Made by a program: the position numbers and the translations under genes. A stretch of 64,000 nt of DNA from an uncultured delta proteobacterium. GTDB lineage: Bacteria > Myxococcota > Myxococcia > Myxococcales > Myxococcaceae. Positions 29,986 through 39,756 of this stretch are shown here, one piece after another; position 1 is the stretch's first letter, and each line of letters opens with the position of its first letter. The stretch lies in NCBI GenBank assembly GCA_963796055.1, contig CAWCKH010000004.1:1536001-1600000 (forward strand), in the 5' to 3' direction. The notes under the pieces are model-generated. The model saw only the letters and a list, made by a program, of their open reading frames with translations. It ran no database searches and was not told the DNA's origin.

Positions 29986-30693
29986 CTAACCCTCCGCCAC
30001 GCCCCGGACCGGCCGGCTCGCCGCCCCGGTGTCCGTCCGTGGGTTCCGCGCCGCGGCCACCAGCGCGTGGGCCAGCGCCTGGGCGCGGGTCACCCGGTAT
30101 TTCAGCGCGCGGGTGAAGAGGTTGTATGCCACCACCGCCGGGATGGCGACCGCCAGTCCCACCGCCGTGGCCACCAGCGCCTCGGAGATGCCGGTCATCA
30201 CCGTCTGCTGGATGGCCGAGCCGCGGATGGCCACCGCCCCGAGGTCGTTGAAGGCCTTGATGATGCCGAGCACCGTCCCGAAGAGGCCCACGAAGGGCGC
30301 GTTGCTCCCCAGCGTCCCGAGAAACGACAGCGACCGCTCGTAGCGGGGGCGCTCCTGCGCCATCGCCGCGGCCATGGCCTCCTCCACCACCGCCGGGCCC
30401 TGGGGGAGGACGGCGAGCCCCTGCTGGAGCACCCGGGCCTCGATCGCCTGCTGACCCTCGAGCAGCGGCCGCAGCGCGTCCAGCTCCCCGCGCGAGAGGC
30501 GCTGGGCGATCTCCTCTCCCCGCTGCAGCCGGCGCGCGCGGAAGAACATCGCCCGCTCGAGCATCACCGCCAGCGAAGCCACGGAGAGGGCCACCAGCAG
30601 CCAGAGCACCCACTCGGCGGAGGAGAGGGTCACCCGGAGCAGCTTGCTGGTGAGCCAGCCGACGTCGGCCAGCGCGAGAACGGTGAGGGTCAT
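29986..30693 (-). CDS. exbB: MotA/TolQ/ExbB proton channel protein
   Basis: LGTLGSNAPFVGLFGTVLGIIKAF and GISEALVATAVGLAVAIPA. Confidence 0.92.
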   Translation of the reverse strand: MTLTVLALADVGWLTSKLLRVTLSSAEWVLWLLVALSVASLAVMLERAMFFRARRLQRGEEIAQRLSRGELDALRPLLEGQQAIEARVLQQGLAVLPQGPAVVEEAMAAAMAQERPRYERSLSFLGTLGSNAPFVGLFGTVLGIIKAFNDLGAVAIRGSAIQQTVMTGISEALVATAVGLAVAIPAVVAYNLFTRALKYRVTRAQALAHALVAAARNPRTDTGAASRPVRGVAEG

Positions 30694-30786
30694 GGTGGTG
30701 GAACGGCGCCGATCGTCATCAGACTCGAGGAGGGGTTGGAGACGCCAGGGCAACGCCCCGCAGCGGCCCGTTCATCCCGGGGAGGC

Positions 30787-33700
30787 CTAGTAGTCACGCG
30801 TCCACACGATGTCGGCCGAGCCGGACTTGGCGTCGCCGTACACCGCCTCGAAGGTCCAGCGGGGAAGGAACTGGTACTCCAGCCGCACGGCGTTGGCGTT
30901 CTCGTACTTGGCGGGATCGGCGCCCACCTTCCCCGCGTAGCCCAGATAGAGCTCGTCGGTGAGGTACTTGCCCGCCTCGAGGCTCGCGCCCTGGAGCGTC
31001 CCCTCGTCGCCCGCCGCGACGGAGAGCACGTCCAGGCCAACTTTGTCGCTCACCGCGCTCTTGAGCTGAGAGGCGGCCAGCGAGCCGAGCACCGACACCG
31101 CCTGCGCCGAGCCGATCTCCGAGCCGCCGCTCCCCCGCTTCAGGGTGGTCCGGCCGGTGGCGAGCAGGGTGTAGATCTCCGACTCGGTCAGCGGCGGCTC
31201 GCTGGAGGGGACCAGCTGGATGTCCCCCGCCTGCCCCTGCACGTTCATCGACACCTTCACCCCCGCCTTCGCGTTGTTGTAGATGGCCGTGACGTTGAGC
31301 GCCGGCTCGGTCGGTGGCCCGTTGAAGCGGACCACGCTGTTGCGCTGGATGTCGAAGCGCCGGCCGAGCACGTCGAGGCGCCCGCGGAGGATGCGTACCT
31401 CGCCGAAGAGGTCGGTCTCCTCGCCCAACTCGACCCGGAAGTCGGGGCTCAGGCCCACCTCGAGGTTGAGGTCCTGGCCCTTCACCCAGAGGTTCTTGGT
31501 CGCGTCGAGCACCATGACGATCGTCATGGGCTTGCTCTCGGCCTCCGGCTCGCCGCTCCCGCCCAGCGCCGCCTCGGCCGTGCGGTCCTTGGCCAGCAGC
31601 GCCCGGGCGCGCTTCGGGTCCAGCGGCTTGCCGTTCTTCATCAAGATGATGTCGTCGGGGCGGCTGAGGCTCTGGAGGTCGCGGCGGCTCTGCGCCGGGA
31701 GCTCCACGTGTGCCTCGGGGATGCGTACCTTGTTCAGCTCGATGGTCCCCCGGCGGGCGGTGCCGTCGAGGTCGGTCCGCAAGCTCAGCGACGCCACGAG
31801 CTGATCGTCGGTGAAGATGGGGAAGGCGTTCACCTCGCCGCTGGCCTTCAGCGTCCACAGCGGCCCGCTTCGCGTCCCCAGCCCGGTGACCTTCAGCGAG
31901 CCCGACTCGGTGCGCACGTCCAGGTCGTCCAGCGAGATCCGGTCGTTGCTCGCATTGGCGAGCAGGTGCACCCGCTGGTACTCGCCGTAACCGGCGATCC
32001 CGATCGCTCCGTCCTTCCACTCCAGCCGCCCCTGCCCCTGCGGGCTGCCGACGGTACCGCTTGCCCGGGCGTCGATGTCCAGGGTGCCCGCCACCTTCCG
32101 CAGGGTGGTGGTGAATCCGGTGAGGAAGGCCAGCTCGAACCTCTGCGCCACGACGGTGGCCTGGAACGGCGCGCTGGCGGGCTTCAGCCCGCGACGGAGC
32201 GCCGGATACGAGAGGTCCAGGTCGGCCGTGGCGTCCACGTTCAGCGAGCCGCCGTCGAGGGACGCCAGCGCCACGCGCAGCCGGCTCCGGGCCTGCTGGT
32301 AGTCGAGCTTCACCTCCGCCTTGCCCAGCGGCGTCTGCCCGGCCCCGAGCTGCGCTGTCCGCGCCTCGGCCACCAGTGTCGGGGCCTGGAGCGAGCCGCG
32401 GCCCTGCAGCGTGGCCTCCAGCGTTCCGCGGAGCCGCCGTGCGAGGCGGCCCTCGCCCACCACGATGGGCAGGCGCGAAAGCTCCAGCGGACCGAACTTC
32501 CCGTCCACCTGCACCGGGACCTGGTCGAACGCCTTCCCGCTCTGGAGGTCCGCCGGCGAGGTCCCCACGTCGAGCTTCACGTTGGCCAGTGTGCCGTGGG
32601 CGTCGTGCGCCTCCAGCACCGCGGCGATGCCCTTCTGCGCCTTCACCTCCAGGGTGAGGTCGGTCGGATCCATCGGCGGCGTCTGGAGCTGCTGCGTCTG
32701 CAGCTTCAGCTCCCCGGTGGGCGCGCTCACCGTGCCGGCGAGGTCGGCGCTGAGCGAGACCGCGCCCGACACGTCGCGGGGGAGGAGCCCGGCCTCGCGC
32801 AGCGGTTTGAGCTGCAGGCCGGCGATACGGGCCCGGGCCTGCAGCTCGGCCATCCGAAGCGTCTCGGCCGGACGGGCGTCCGAGACCAGCCGCGCCAGCG
32901 AGCGTCCGACGGACGCCTGCACGTCGACCGTGCCCTGGAGCGCGGTGCCCTTGGCCGAGACCGAGAGGTTCCCCCGCTCGGGGCCGTCCACCGCGAGCGT
33001 GAGGTCGGTGGGCGGCAGCTGCCGGTAACGGAGCCCGTGAGTGCGGGCAGCGGCCTGCAGCACCGGTGTGTCGGCATGGCCCGAGAGGTCGAGCTGCAGC
33101 TCGGCAGTGCCGCTCAGCTCGGCCCGGTCCTCGTCGCACCCCCAGGCGATGAGCTTCATCCGGACCGCGGTGCAGACCACCTGGGCAACGTCGAAGGCGG
33201 GCATCACGATGCGCGCCCGCACCGGTTCGTGCTTGCGCCGGCGCAGCGCGTCCACCGGCAGGTCCACGTCCGCCGTCAGCTCGGTTCCCAGCCCGCGCGC
33301 CGCGAGCTGCGCCTTCGCCCGCCGGGAGATCCACGAGGCGCTCCCCTTGAGGAAGAGATGCTGCACCTTGCCCACGCTGACGTCGGCCGCGTCGACCGTG
33401 GCCTCCAGCGACGGGTCGGCGAGGCTCCCGCGCGCGTGGGCGTCGAGCGTCACCCGGCCGGCGAGCGGGAAGTTGGGCGGCATCAGCGCATGCGGGAGCT
33501 TCCCCAGGTCGAGCGCCTCGAGCCCAACCGCCGCGTCCACCCGGTTGCCGCGCTTCCAGCCGCCGAGCCGGATCGCCTGCTCGTTGGCCACGAGCCGCAT
33601 CGGCTCGAGCGAGGTGTCGTTGGGAGCGAACCGCAGATGGGCGGCCTCCTGCATCACCCACGACGCCTCGGGATACCGGATGGTGAGCGTCTCCATCGCG

Positions 33701-35424
33701 ATGCCCCGGCGGTCCTCGTCCATCGTCCCGCCGAGGTGCACCTCGAGCGGCAGGAACCCGCCCGTGCCGCCGTGGAAGTCCAGCGCGTGGCCGCGGGTCA
33801 GGAGGGTGAACGAGACCGGCTTCAGCACCCGCTCGCCCAGCCGGAGCTCCTGGGCCCCGACCTGCGCGTTGGCGTCGAGGGGCTTGTCGACGTCCGGTAC
33901 GTGGGCCGACAGCGTGAGGGCGCGAACCCGGACGTCGTTGATCCGCAGCGAGGGGAACTTTCCCTCCGCGCTGACTCCCGGGTGCCGGAGCGGCCCGCTC
34001 GCCTCGACGTGCAGCGTCCCCGAGCCGGCCAGCGGCGGGAAGCGCGACGCCGAGAGGCTGCCGAACGTCTTTCCGAGCAGCGCGAGGTCCATCGCCTCCG
34101 CGTCGACCGAGGCTTCGAACTTGCGGGTCGTCCCCCGCCCGCGACCCTGCAGGCGGAGCCCGGGGAGGACGGCGCGGAGCTCGCGGAGGTCGAACGTGCC
34201 CCGGTTCGCGGTGGCGTGCAGCTCGACCGGGCCGACGGTCGCCTTCCGCACCTCGCTCGGCGGCACCGAGAGGTCCACCGCGCCGCTGAGCGTCTCCAGG
34301 CTCTTGCCGCCCCCGCGCACGTCCGCGGTGAGGGCGAGGTCGCTTGCCGGCCCTTCGGTGAGCAGCTGGGCGAGGTTGACGTGGCGCAGCTCGAGGTGGC
34401 CCTTCTCCAGGGTGGCCGCCTCCACGTCCCCGCGTGCCTGCAGCGCGAGCTGAGTGGTGCCGGCCCGCCCCTGGAGGTCTGCCCGGGCCACGTTTCCGTC
34501 CAGGCCACCCTCGCCGGAGAGTTCCACCGGGACGCTCGGGCTCCACGCCGGGGTGAGCGCCCGCCCCACGGCCGGCGGAACGACCAGCCGGTCCAGCCGG
34601 GCCTGGGCCGCGGTGCCCCGCTTGCTTCCCGAGGCGCGGAGGACCAACCCGGCGAGGCCGAGGTCCACCGAGGCGTCGAGCGCCTTCCCGTCACCCTTGC
34701 CGCGGACGGCGAGCTGGAGGGGTCCCTGCAGGAGCCCGGAGACGCCCGCGCGTCCGTCGAGCTGACCGTCGAAGGCGCCCGTGGGCCCCGCGTACCGCCC
34801 GCCGGCGCGCAGCTCGAGGCCGGTGAGCGCCACCACCCGGGCCTCCGCGCCCTTTCCCTGGACCAGCCGCACCGCGCCCCGGTTGAGCTCGAGGCTGTCC
34901 ACCACGAAGGTGAACGGGAGCGGCCCGGACGACGGCTCGGCCGGCTTGGGGTTCCGGGCGGCGATGGCCCGGGTGAGGTTCATCCCCTCGTCGTCCAACG
35001 TCAGCCAGAGCTCGGGGTGCTCGATGCGGACCAGGCCGAGGTGCACCGTCCTGCCGAACAACGCGAGCAGCGCGGCCCGGACCTCGAGCAGGTCCACGTG
35101 GGCCACCCGCTCGCCCTCGGGCGTCTCCAGGGTGACGTCCCGGAGCACGATGTGCCCTCCGTGGATCTCCAGCGAGCCCGCGGTGAGCTTGCCGGCGATC
35201 GCCTCGTTGGCCGCCCGCAGGCCGAAGGCGAGGACGCGGGCGCTCCCTGCCTCGGTGTGCACGTAGACCAGCACCCCGGCGAGGACGAGCACCCCCAGCG
35301 CGAACAGGCCCAGCACCCCGCCCGCGAGCCACCGGAGCCAGCGGCGGCGCGGGCGGACGGCCGGCCCCGGCGGCTCCGGAGGGGCCGGTGGAGGCTGCTC
35401 GGGACTCCTGGGCTGCTCCCTCAC
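30787..35424 (-). CDS. tamB: Translocation and assembly module TamB (AsmA-like, C-terminal DUF490)
   Basis: 1545 aa; N-terminal TM, repetitive beta-taco-like sequence, C-terminal GRRFDI..G..P.LN..LEAGKYLTD; abuts the Omp85 gene. Confidence 0.88.
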   Translation of the reverse strand: MREQPRSPEQPPPAPPEPPGPAVRPRRRWLRWLAGGVLGLFALGVLVLAGVLVYVHTEAGSARVLAFGLRAANEAIAGKLTAGSLEIHGGHIVLRDVTLETPEGERVAHVDLLEVRAALLALFGRTVHLGLVRIEHPELWLTLDDEGMNLTRAIAARNPKPAEPSSGPLPFTFVVDSLELNRGAVRLVQGKGAEARVVALTGLELRAGGRYAGPTGAFDGQLDGRAGVSGLLQGPLQLAVRGKGDGKALDASVDLGLAGLVLRASGSKRGTAAQARLDRLVVPPAVGRALTPAWSPSVPVELSGEGGLDGNVARADLQGRAGTTQLALQARGDVEAATLEKGHLELRHVNLAQLLTEGPASDLALTADVRGGGKSLETLSGAVDLSVPPSEVRKATVGPVELHATANRGTFDLRELRAVLPGLRLQGRGRGTTRKFEASVDAEAMDLALLGKTFGSLSASRFPPLAGSGTLHVEASGPLRHPGVSAEGKFPSLRINDVRVRALTLSAHVPDVDKPLDANAQVGAQELRLGERVLKPVSFTLLTRGHALDFHGGTGGFLPLEVHLGGTMDEDRRGIAMETLTIRYPEASWVMQEAAHLRFAPNDTSLEPMRLVANEQAIRLGGWKRGNRVDAAVGLEALDLGKLPHALMPPNFPLAGRVTLDAHARGSLADPSLEATVDAADVSVGKVQHLFLKGSASWISRRAKAQLAARGLGTELTADVDLPVDALRRRKHEPVRARIVMPAFDVAQVVCTAVRMKLIAWGCDEDRAELSGTAELQLDLSGHADTPVLQAAARTHGLRYRQLPPTDLTLAVDGPERGNLSVSAKGTALQGTVDVQASVGRSLARLVSDARPAETLRMAELQARARIAGLQLKPLREAGLLPRDVSGAVSLSADLAGTVSAPTGELKLQTQQLQTPPMDPTDLTLEVKAQKGIAAVLEAHDAHGTLANVKLDVGTSPADLQSGKAFDQVPVQVDGKFGPLELSRLPIVVGEGRLARRLRGTLEATLQGRGSLQAPTLVAEARTAQLGAGQTPLGKAEVKLDYQQARSRLRVALASLDGGSLNVDATADLDLSYPALRRGLKPASAPFQATVVAQRFELAFLTGFTTTLRKVAGTLDIDARASGTVGSPQGQGRLEWKDGAIGIAGYGEYQRVHLLANASNDRISLDDLDVRTESGSLKVTGLGTRSGPLWTLKASGEVNAFPIFTDDQLVASLSLRTDLDGTARRGTIELNKVRIPEAHVELPAQSRRDLQSLSRPDDIILMKNGKPLDPKRARALLAKDRTAEAALGGSGEPEAESKPMTIVMVLDATKNLWVKGQDLNLEVGLSPDFRVELGEETDLFGEVRILRGRLDVLGRRFDIQRNSVVRFNGPPTEPALNVTAIYNNAKAGVKVSMNVQGQAGDIQLVPSSEPPLTESEIYTLLATGRTTLKRGSGGSEIGSAQAVSVLGSLAASQLKSAVSDKVGLDVLSVAAGDEGTLQGASLEAGKYLTDELYLGYAGKVGADPAKYENANAVRLEYQFLPRWTFEAVYGDAKSGSADIVWTRDY

Positions 35425-37491
35425 TCAGTACGCCTCTCCGATGGAGATGGTCAGGGCGCACCGCCCTTCCGGAAAACCGCCGTAGGTGGGGCTCCCAGTC
35501 CCGAGCCCGAAGCACTCGGTTCCACCCGGGGCATACACCGGATGGGTCGGGTCCGTGATGATGGGCAGTGGTCCCCCGTGGTTCAACCGGTAGGCGAAGT
35601 CCACCCGGATCGGCCCGACGATGGTGTTGTAACGGAGCCCGAACCCCACCGCGTACTGCATCATCGGCCCCACGTCCCGGAAGTCGAACGAGCCGATGCT
35701 CACGAAGCCGGCGTCGAGGAACACCGCCAGGGTCAAAGGGCCGATAATCTTGTAGCGGAGCTCGATCGAGCTGTCCCACAGGCCATCGCCGCCCACCGGG
35801 ACGTAGGTGCCGTTCAGCTGAGGCGTGCCGATGTTGCCGACCAGCGGGTTGGTGGGGGTCGCGTTGTTGTTGGCCACCGGGTACAGGGGCGACAGCCGCC
35901 GGCTGCCGAACCCGCGGTGGAAGGTGCCGCCGCCGGAGAAGAAGCGCGCGGTGATGGGACTGGTCTCCTTCGACAGGAGTGTCCCGATGCGCAGCTTGCC
36001 CGCCAGAGTGAAGGGTCCCCAGGACTTGTATGCCCGGATGTCGGGGAACAGCCGGGTGTACGTGTAGTCGCCCCCGAGGAATCCACCGCCCTGCTGGATG
36101 CCCATCGACAGGAACCAGCCGTTCCGCGGCTCGAGCTTGTCGTCCCGCCTGTCCCACTCGATGACCAGCTCGAGGTACGAGAGGAACACGTAGCAGACCG
36201 GGTTGTCGGGGCTCAGGTTGCAGCCGTAGGCCAGCTGGGGCGCGCTGCCGGTGAGCCCGTTGGTGACGCCGGCGATCCGGTCCACCTCCAGGTTGTACGA
36301 GGGGTAGATGCGGAAGCTGCTGTGCGGCTGCCAGACGATGCCGGTCTTCCCGCGGATGCCGATGAAGCCGTACGCCTGCTCGAGGTTCTTGTAGAAGTCC
36401 ACCGAGCTCAGCCACTTGAAGTCACGGCCCGGGAACCGGGGCTGCTCGAACTCGGCGTAGAAATCGAAGATTGGGGCGTGCTGGTCGATGTTCCACAGCG
36501 CGGGGAGGAACGCCCAGCCCACCTTCCCGCGCAAGGTCAGCTTGCGAAGGTCACCGAGGAAGTTGCGGTCGGTGTACTCGGCGATGAGCCGGTACTCCTG
36601 CCGGACCGGGTCCACTCCGATGCCCCCGCCGTAGCGGATGGTGTGGAACGGGGCCTCGCGGACGTCGACCACCACCGGGATGACCCCGTTCGTCCGGTCG
36701 GGCGTTCCGGTGGTCACCTTCACCGCGCCGAAGACCCCCATCTGGAAGACCCGGCGCTGCGCCTCCTCCAGCGCCTTGTCGGTGAACCAGGCGCCCTTCC
36801 AGATGGCCCCCTGCGCCTGGTCGATGATGTACCGGACCTGCACCGACGGACGGGGACCGGTGGCGACGAAGATGTTCCCGAACTTGTAGCGGATCCCAGG
36901 CACGCAGATCAGGCGGATCCGCGCGGTCTGGTCGGTGGTCTCGACAAAGGCCTCGCTCTGGACCTGGGCCTCGGCGTACCCGAGCGACCGCAACGCAGCT
37001 TGCACCTCGTGCTTCACGCCCTGCCACTGCTCCTCGCGGAGCACGTCGCCCACCTTGACGGGGACGCTGCGGCGGACCCGTCGCTGGAAGTCCTCCGGGA
37101 GCTCCTCCAGGCCCTCGAGCTCGATGTGGCTGATCCTGGTCGGCTTGCCCTCGTTCACCTCCACGGCGAGGGCCACCCCGTTCCCCTCCTGCTTCACCTC
37201 CTCGTTCACCACCTGCGCCTGGTAGAAGCCCTGCGCCTGGTAGTACCGCTCGATGCGACGCAGGTCCGCCTGCCAGGCGATGGGGTCGAAGTAGGGCGTG
37301 GAGGCGAACGGCCACCACGACGGGCCGGTGGTGAGGAGGCGATCCTCGATGTCCCCGGACGAGACCTGCTTCGCCCCTTCGATCTTCAGGGACTTGATGG
37401 GTGGCTCGTCTGGCTTGGGCGGCTTCCCGGCGCACGCGCAGACCACCAGCGCGAGCAGCGCCCCGAGCCGCTGGGCCTGCGCCGGGCTCAT
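35425..37491 (-). CDS. tamA: TamA/BamA (Omp85) family outer-membrane protein
   Basis: POTRA-like repeats (YYQAQGFYQA, LRSLGYAEA, FQMGVF), RFFSGG..HRGF, GFGLRYNTIVGPIRVDFA and C-terminal ISIGEAY; Cys after the signal (VVCAC). Confidence 0.88.
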   Translation of the reverse strand: MSPAQAQRLGALLALVVCACAGKPPKPDEPPIKSLKIEGAKQVSSGDIEDRLLTTGPSWWPFASTPYFDPIAWQADLRRIERYYQAQGFYQAQVVNEEVKQEGNGVALAVEVNEGKPTRISHIELEGLEELPEDFQRRVRRSVPVKVGDVLREEQWQGVKHEVQAALRSLGYAEAQVQSEAFVETTDQTARIRLICVPGIRYKFGNIFVATGPRPSVQVRYIIDQAQGAIWKGAWFTDKALEEAQRRVFQMGVFGAVKVTTGTPDRTNGVIPVVVDVREAPFHTIRYGGGIGVDPVRQEYRLIAEYTDRNFLGDLRKLTLRGKVGWAFLPALWNIDQHAPIFDFYAEFEQPRFPGRDFKWLSSVDFYKNLEQAYGFIGIRGKTGIVWQPHSSFRIYPSYNLEVDRIAGVTNGLTGSAPQLAYGCNLSPDNPVCYVFLSYLELVIEWDRRDDKLEPRNGWFLSMGIQQGGGFLGGDYTYTRLFPDIRAYKSWGPFTLAGKLRIGTLLSKETSPITARFFSGGGTFHRGFGSRRLSPLYPVANNNATPTNPLVGNIGTPQLNGTYVPVGGDGLWDSSIELRYKIIGPLTLAVFLDAGFVSIGSFDFRDVGPMMQYAVGFGLRYNTIVGPIRVDFAYRLNHGGPLPIITDPTHPVYAPGGTECFGLGTGSPTYGGFPEGRCALTISIGEAY

Positions 37492-39041
37492 GCCCCTGCG
37501 GTTCGGCCCGCGGCGTGGGTCAGCGTGCGCAGCCGTGCGGCAGCCTCCCGGACGTCCTCCCGGCCCTCCAGCTCCTCTACCGGCGCCGCCAGGCGGTACG
37601 CCCAGTTGGCGTCACCGACCGACCCGGGGAGGTTGATGCGCTCGGTCTCGCCGAGCACGTCCTGCCAGGGAAGCACGCAGAGCCGCGAGGCCGCGTGCTC
37701 GGCGGCGGCGAGGATCCGGGTGTGCACCTCCGGGGTGAACCCGGCCGGAGGCGGCCGGAGCCCCTCGAACTCGGGCCAGGCCTCGGCGGCGGCGGCGCGC
37801 TCGGCGTCCTCCAGCGCCTCCCACCACTCGCGAAGGGTCTCGGTGTCGTGGGTCCCGGTCGTGACCAGCGAGACCTCGGGGAATTGGTGCGGATTCCGGT
37901 AGACCCGGTCGTCCTTCTCCCAGCGCAGCACCCGGTACCCGGGGATCTGCAGCTCGGCCAGCGTCTGTCTGACGAACGGCGGGATGACGCCCAGATCCTC
38001 CGCCACGATGCCGCTCCCCTCCGAGAGGAGGCGGAAGATGCGTTCGCCCAGCCGCCGCTGCACGGGCTCGTCGGGCGGGAGGAAGCGGCCCTTGGGGGTG
38101 CGCTCGTCCCGGATGTACTGCCGGAAGTAGCCCACCGCGTGGTCCACCCGGCGCAGGTCGTAGTCCGCCGCGGCGTGGAGCGCCCGGAGGCGCAACCAGC
38201 CCCAGTCGTCCTTCTCCATCGCCTCGAAGTCGCAGTAGGGGAGGCCCCAGTCCTGTCCGGTGTCGGAAAACTCGTCCGGAGGCACGCCCAGCCGCGCATC
38301 CCGCCGGAGCCAACGGGGGTTGGCCCAGGTGTCGGCGCTGTCCTGGCCGATGATGAACGGCTCGTCGCCCGCCAGCAGGACCCCCTGCGCCCGTGCCGAG
38401 GCCCGGACGGCGTTCCACTGCTCCTGGGCCACGAACTGGAGCCAGGCGTGGAAGCGCACCCGGTTGCCGAGCCGGTCGGCGGCGGCGGAGAGCGCCTGGG
38501 GCTGCCGCTCGCGGACTCCCCGCGGCCACTCCCACCAGGGCCGCTGCTCCTGGTCCTCGGACATGGCGGCGTAGAGCGCGTAGCTGTCCAGCCACACCGC
38601 GCTCTGCCTCCGGTACGCCTCGAAGCGGCCGCCCGGGTCGGTGCCATGCTCCTCGAAGCGCAGGAAGGCCGTCCACAGGGCGTTCCACTTTACCCGGATC
38701 ACCGAGGGGTACTTCACCCGGTGCGCGGCCCGGGCCTCCTCCAGCAGCCAGCGCTCCTCGTCGTTCAGGGTCGACAGGCCCCCCGCCTCCCGGTACTCGG
38801 AGAGGGAGTGCAGATGGATGAAGAGCGGATTCAGGCCGAAGGCGCTCCGGGTGGCGTAGGGGCTCACGTCGCCGCGGGCGGTGGGAAGCAGCGGCAGCAG
38901 CATCCACAGCCTCTGGCCCGCCCCGCGGAGGAATCGGAGCCATGCCTCGGCGGCTCCGAAGTCGCCGATGCCGAAGTCGTCGCGGCTGCGGAGCGAGAAC
39001 AGCGGAAGCAGCACGCCCGAGACGCGACCGGTGTCGAACAT
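37488..39041 (-). CDS. malQ: 4-alpha-glucanotransferase (amylomaltase, GH77)
   Basis: [49 protein letters not shown] and RINLPG. Start may be 39059. Confidence 0.93.
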   Translation of the reverse strand: MFDTGRVSGVLLPLFSLRSRDDFGIGDFGAAEAWLRFLRGAGQRLWMLLPLLPTARGDVSPYATRSAFGLNPLFIHLHSLSEYREAGGLSTLNDEERWLLEEARAAHRVKYPSVIRVKWNALWTAFLRFEEHGTDPGGRFEAYRRQSAVWLDSYALYAAMSEDQEQRPWWEWPRGVRERQPQALSAAADRLGNRVRFHAWLQFVAQEQWNAVRASARAQGVLLAGDEPFIIGQDSADTWANPRWLRRDARLGVPPDEFSDTGQDWGLPYCDFEAMEKDDWGWLRLRALHAAADYDLRRVDHAVGYFRQYIRDERTPKGRFLPPDEPVQRRLGERIFRLLSEGSGIVAEDLGVIPPFVRQTLAELQIPGYRVLRWEKDDRVYRNPHQFPEVSLVTTGTHDTETLREWWEALEDAERAAAAEAWPEFEGLRPPPAGFTPEVHTRILAAAEHAASRLCVLPWQDVLGETERINLPGSVGDANWAYRLAAPVEELEGREDVREAAARLRTLTHAAGRTAGA

Positions 39042-39115
39042 GGTCGCCGGAGTCTGCATCCCAAGCACCTCGACGCAATCGGCCGCGCGCCGGAGAGCAG
39101 GGCGTGGCCTGGACA

Positions 39116-39685
39116 GTGAACATAGCCGGGCCTCCCGGAGCTCCGCTGCCTCATTCCTTCTACGAGCGCCCGGCGCGGGTGGTGGCGCGCGCGCTGCTGG
39201 GCAAGGTGCTGGTCCACGACGGGCGGGCCGGGCGCATCGTGGAGACCGAGGCGTACGTGGGCGCGCACGACCTGGCCTGCCATGCCGCCCGCGGTCGCAC
39301 CGCCCGGACCGAGGTCCTCTGGGGTCCGCCCGGCCGGGCCTACGTGTACTTCATCTACGGGATGCACTGGTGCTTCAACGCGGTGACGGGACGGGAAGGC
39401 CGCCCGGCTGCGGTGCTGGTCCGCGGGCTCGAGGCGGTCGCGGGGTTCGACGCCCCGGTGCGGCTCGATGGGCCGGGGCGGCTCTGCCGCGCCCTCGGCA
39501 TCACCGGGGCCCAGAACCGGGCGGATCTCGCGATGTCGGGGCTGCGCATCCTGGACGCGCCGGCGGTCCGGGCCCGGGAGGTGGAGCGGGGGCCGCGGAT
39601 CGGCGTCGACTATGCCGGAAGGTGGGCCGAGCGGCCGCTGCGCTTCTGGGTTCGGGGCAGCCCCGGGGTCGGCCGCGGCCGCTGA
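39116..39685 (+). CDS. mpg: DNA-3-methyladenine glycosylase (MPG/AAG family)
   Basis: [38 protein letters not shown] and GPRIGV. Confidence 0.92.
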   Translation: MNIAGPPGAPLPHSFYERPARVVARALLGKVLVHDGRAGRIVETEAYVGAHDLACHAARGRTARTEVLWGPPGRAYVYFIYGMHWCFNAVTGREGRPAAVLVRGLEAVAGFDAPVRLDGPGRLCRALGITGAQNRADLAMSGLRILDAPAVRAREVERGPRIGVDYAGRWAERPLRFWVRGSPGVGRGR

Positions 39686-39756
39686 GCACGTCGACGTGGG
39701 CTGGTGGCCCGCCGCTGGGGTAGACCCCGGGCCGCACCCATCCCCGGAGCCCGCCC

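Noticed and set aside
28804..30693. Calling the TolQ/TolR-like genes the AglRQS gliding motor
   Set aside because: There is one ExbD-like gene plus a classical TonB, not the two TolR-like subunits expected for AglRQS.
29677..37902. 2741-aa plus-strand ORF and many other long overlapping ORFs in the track
   Set aside because: Antisense shadows of real genes (tamA, tamB, exbB etc.). High GC suppresses stop codons; the translations are R/G/P/A-rich with no recognisable motifs.
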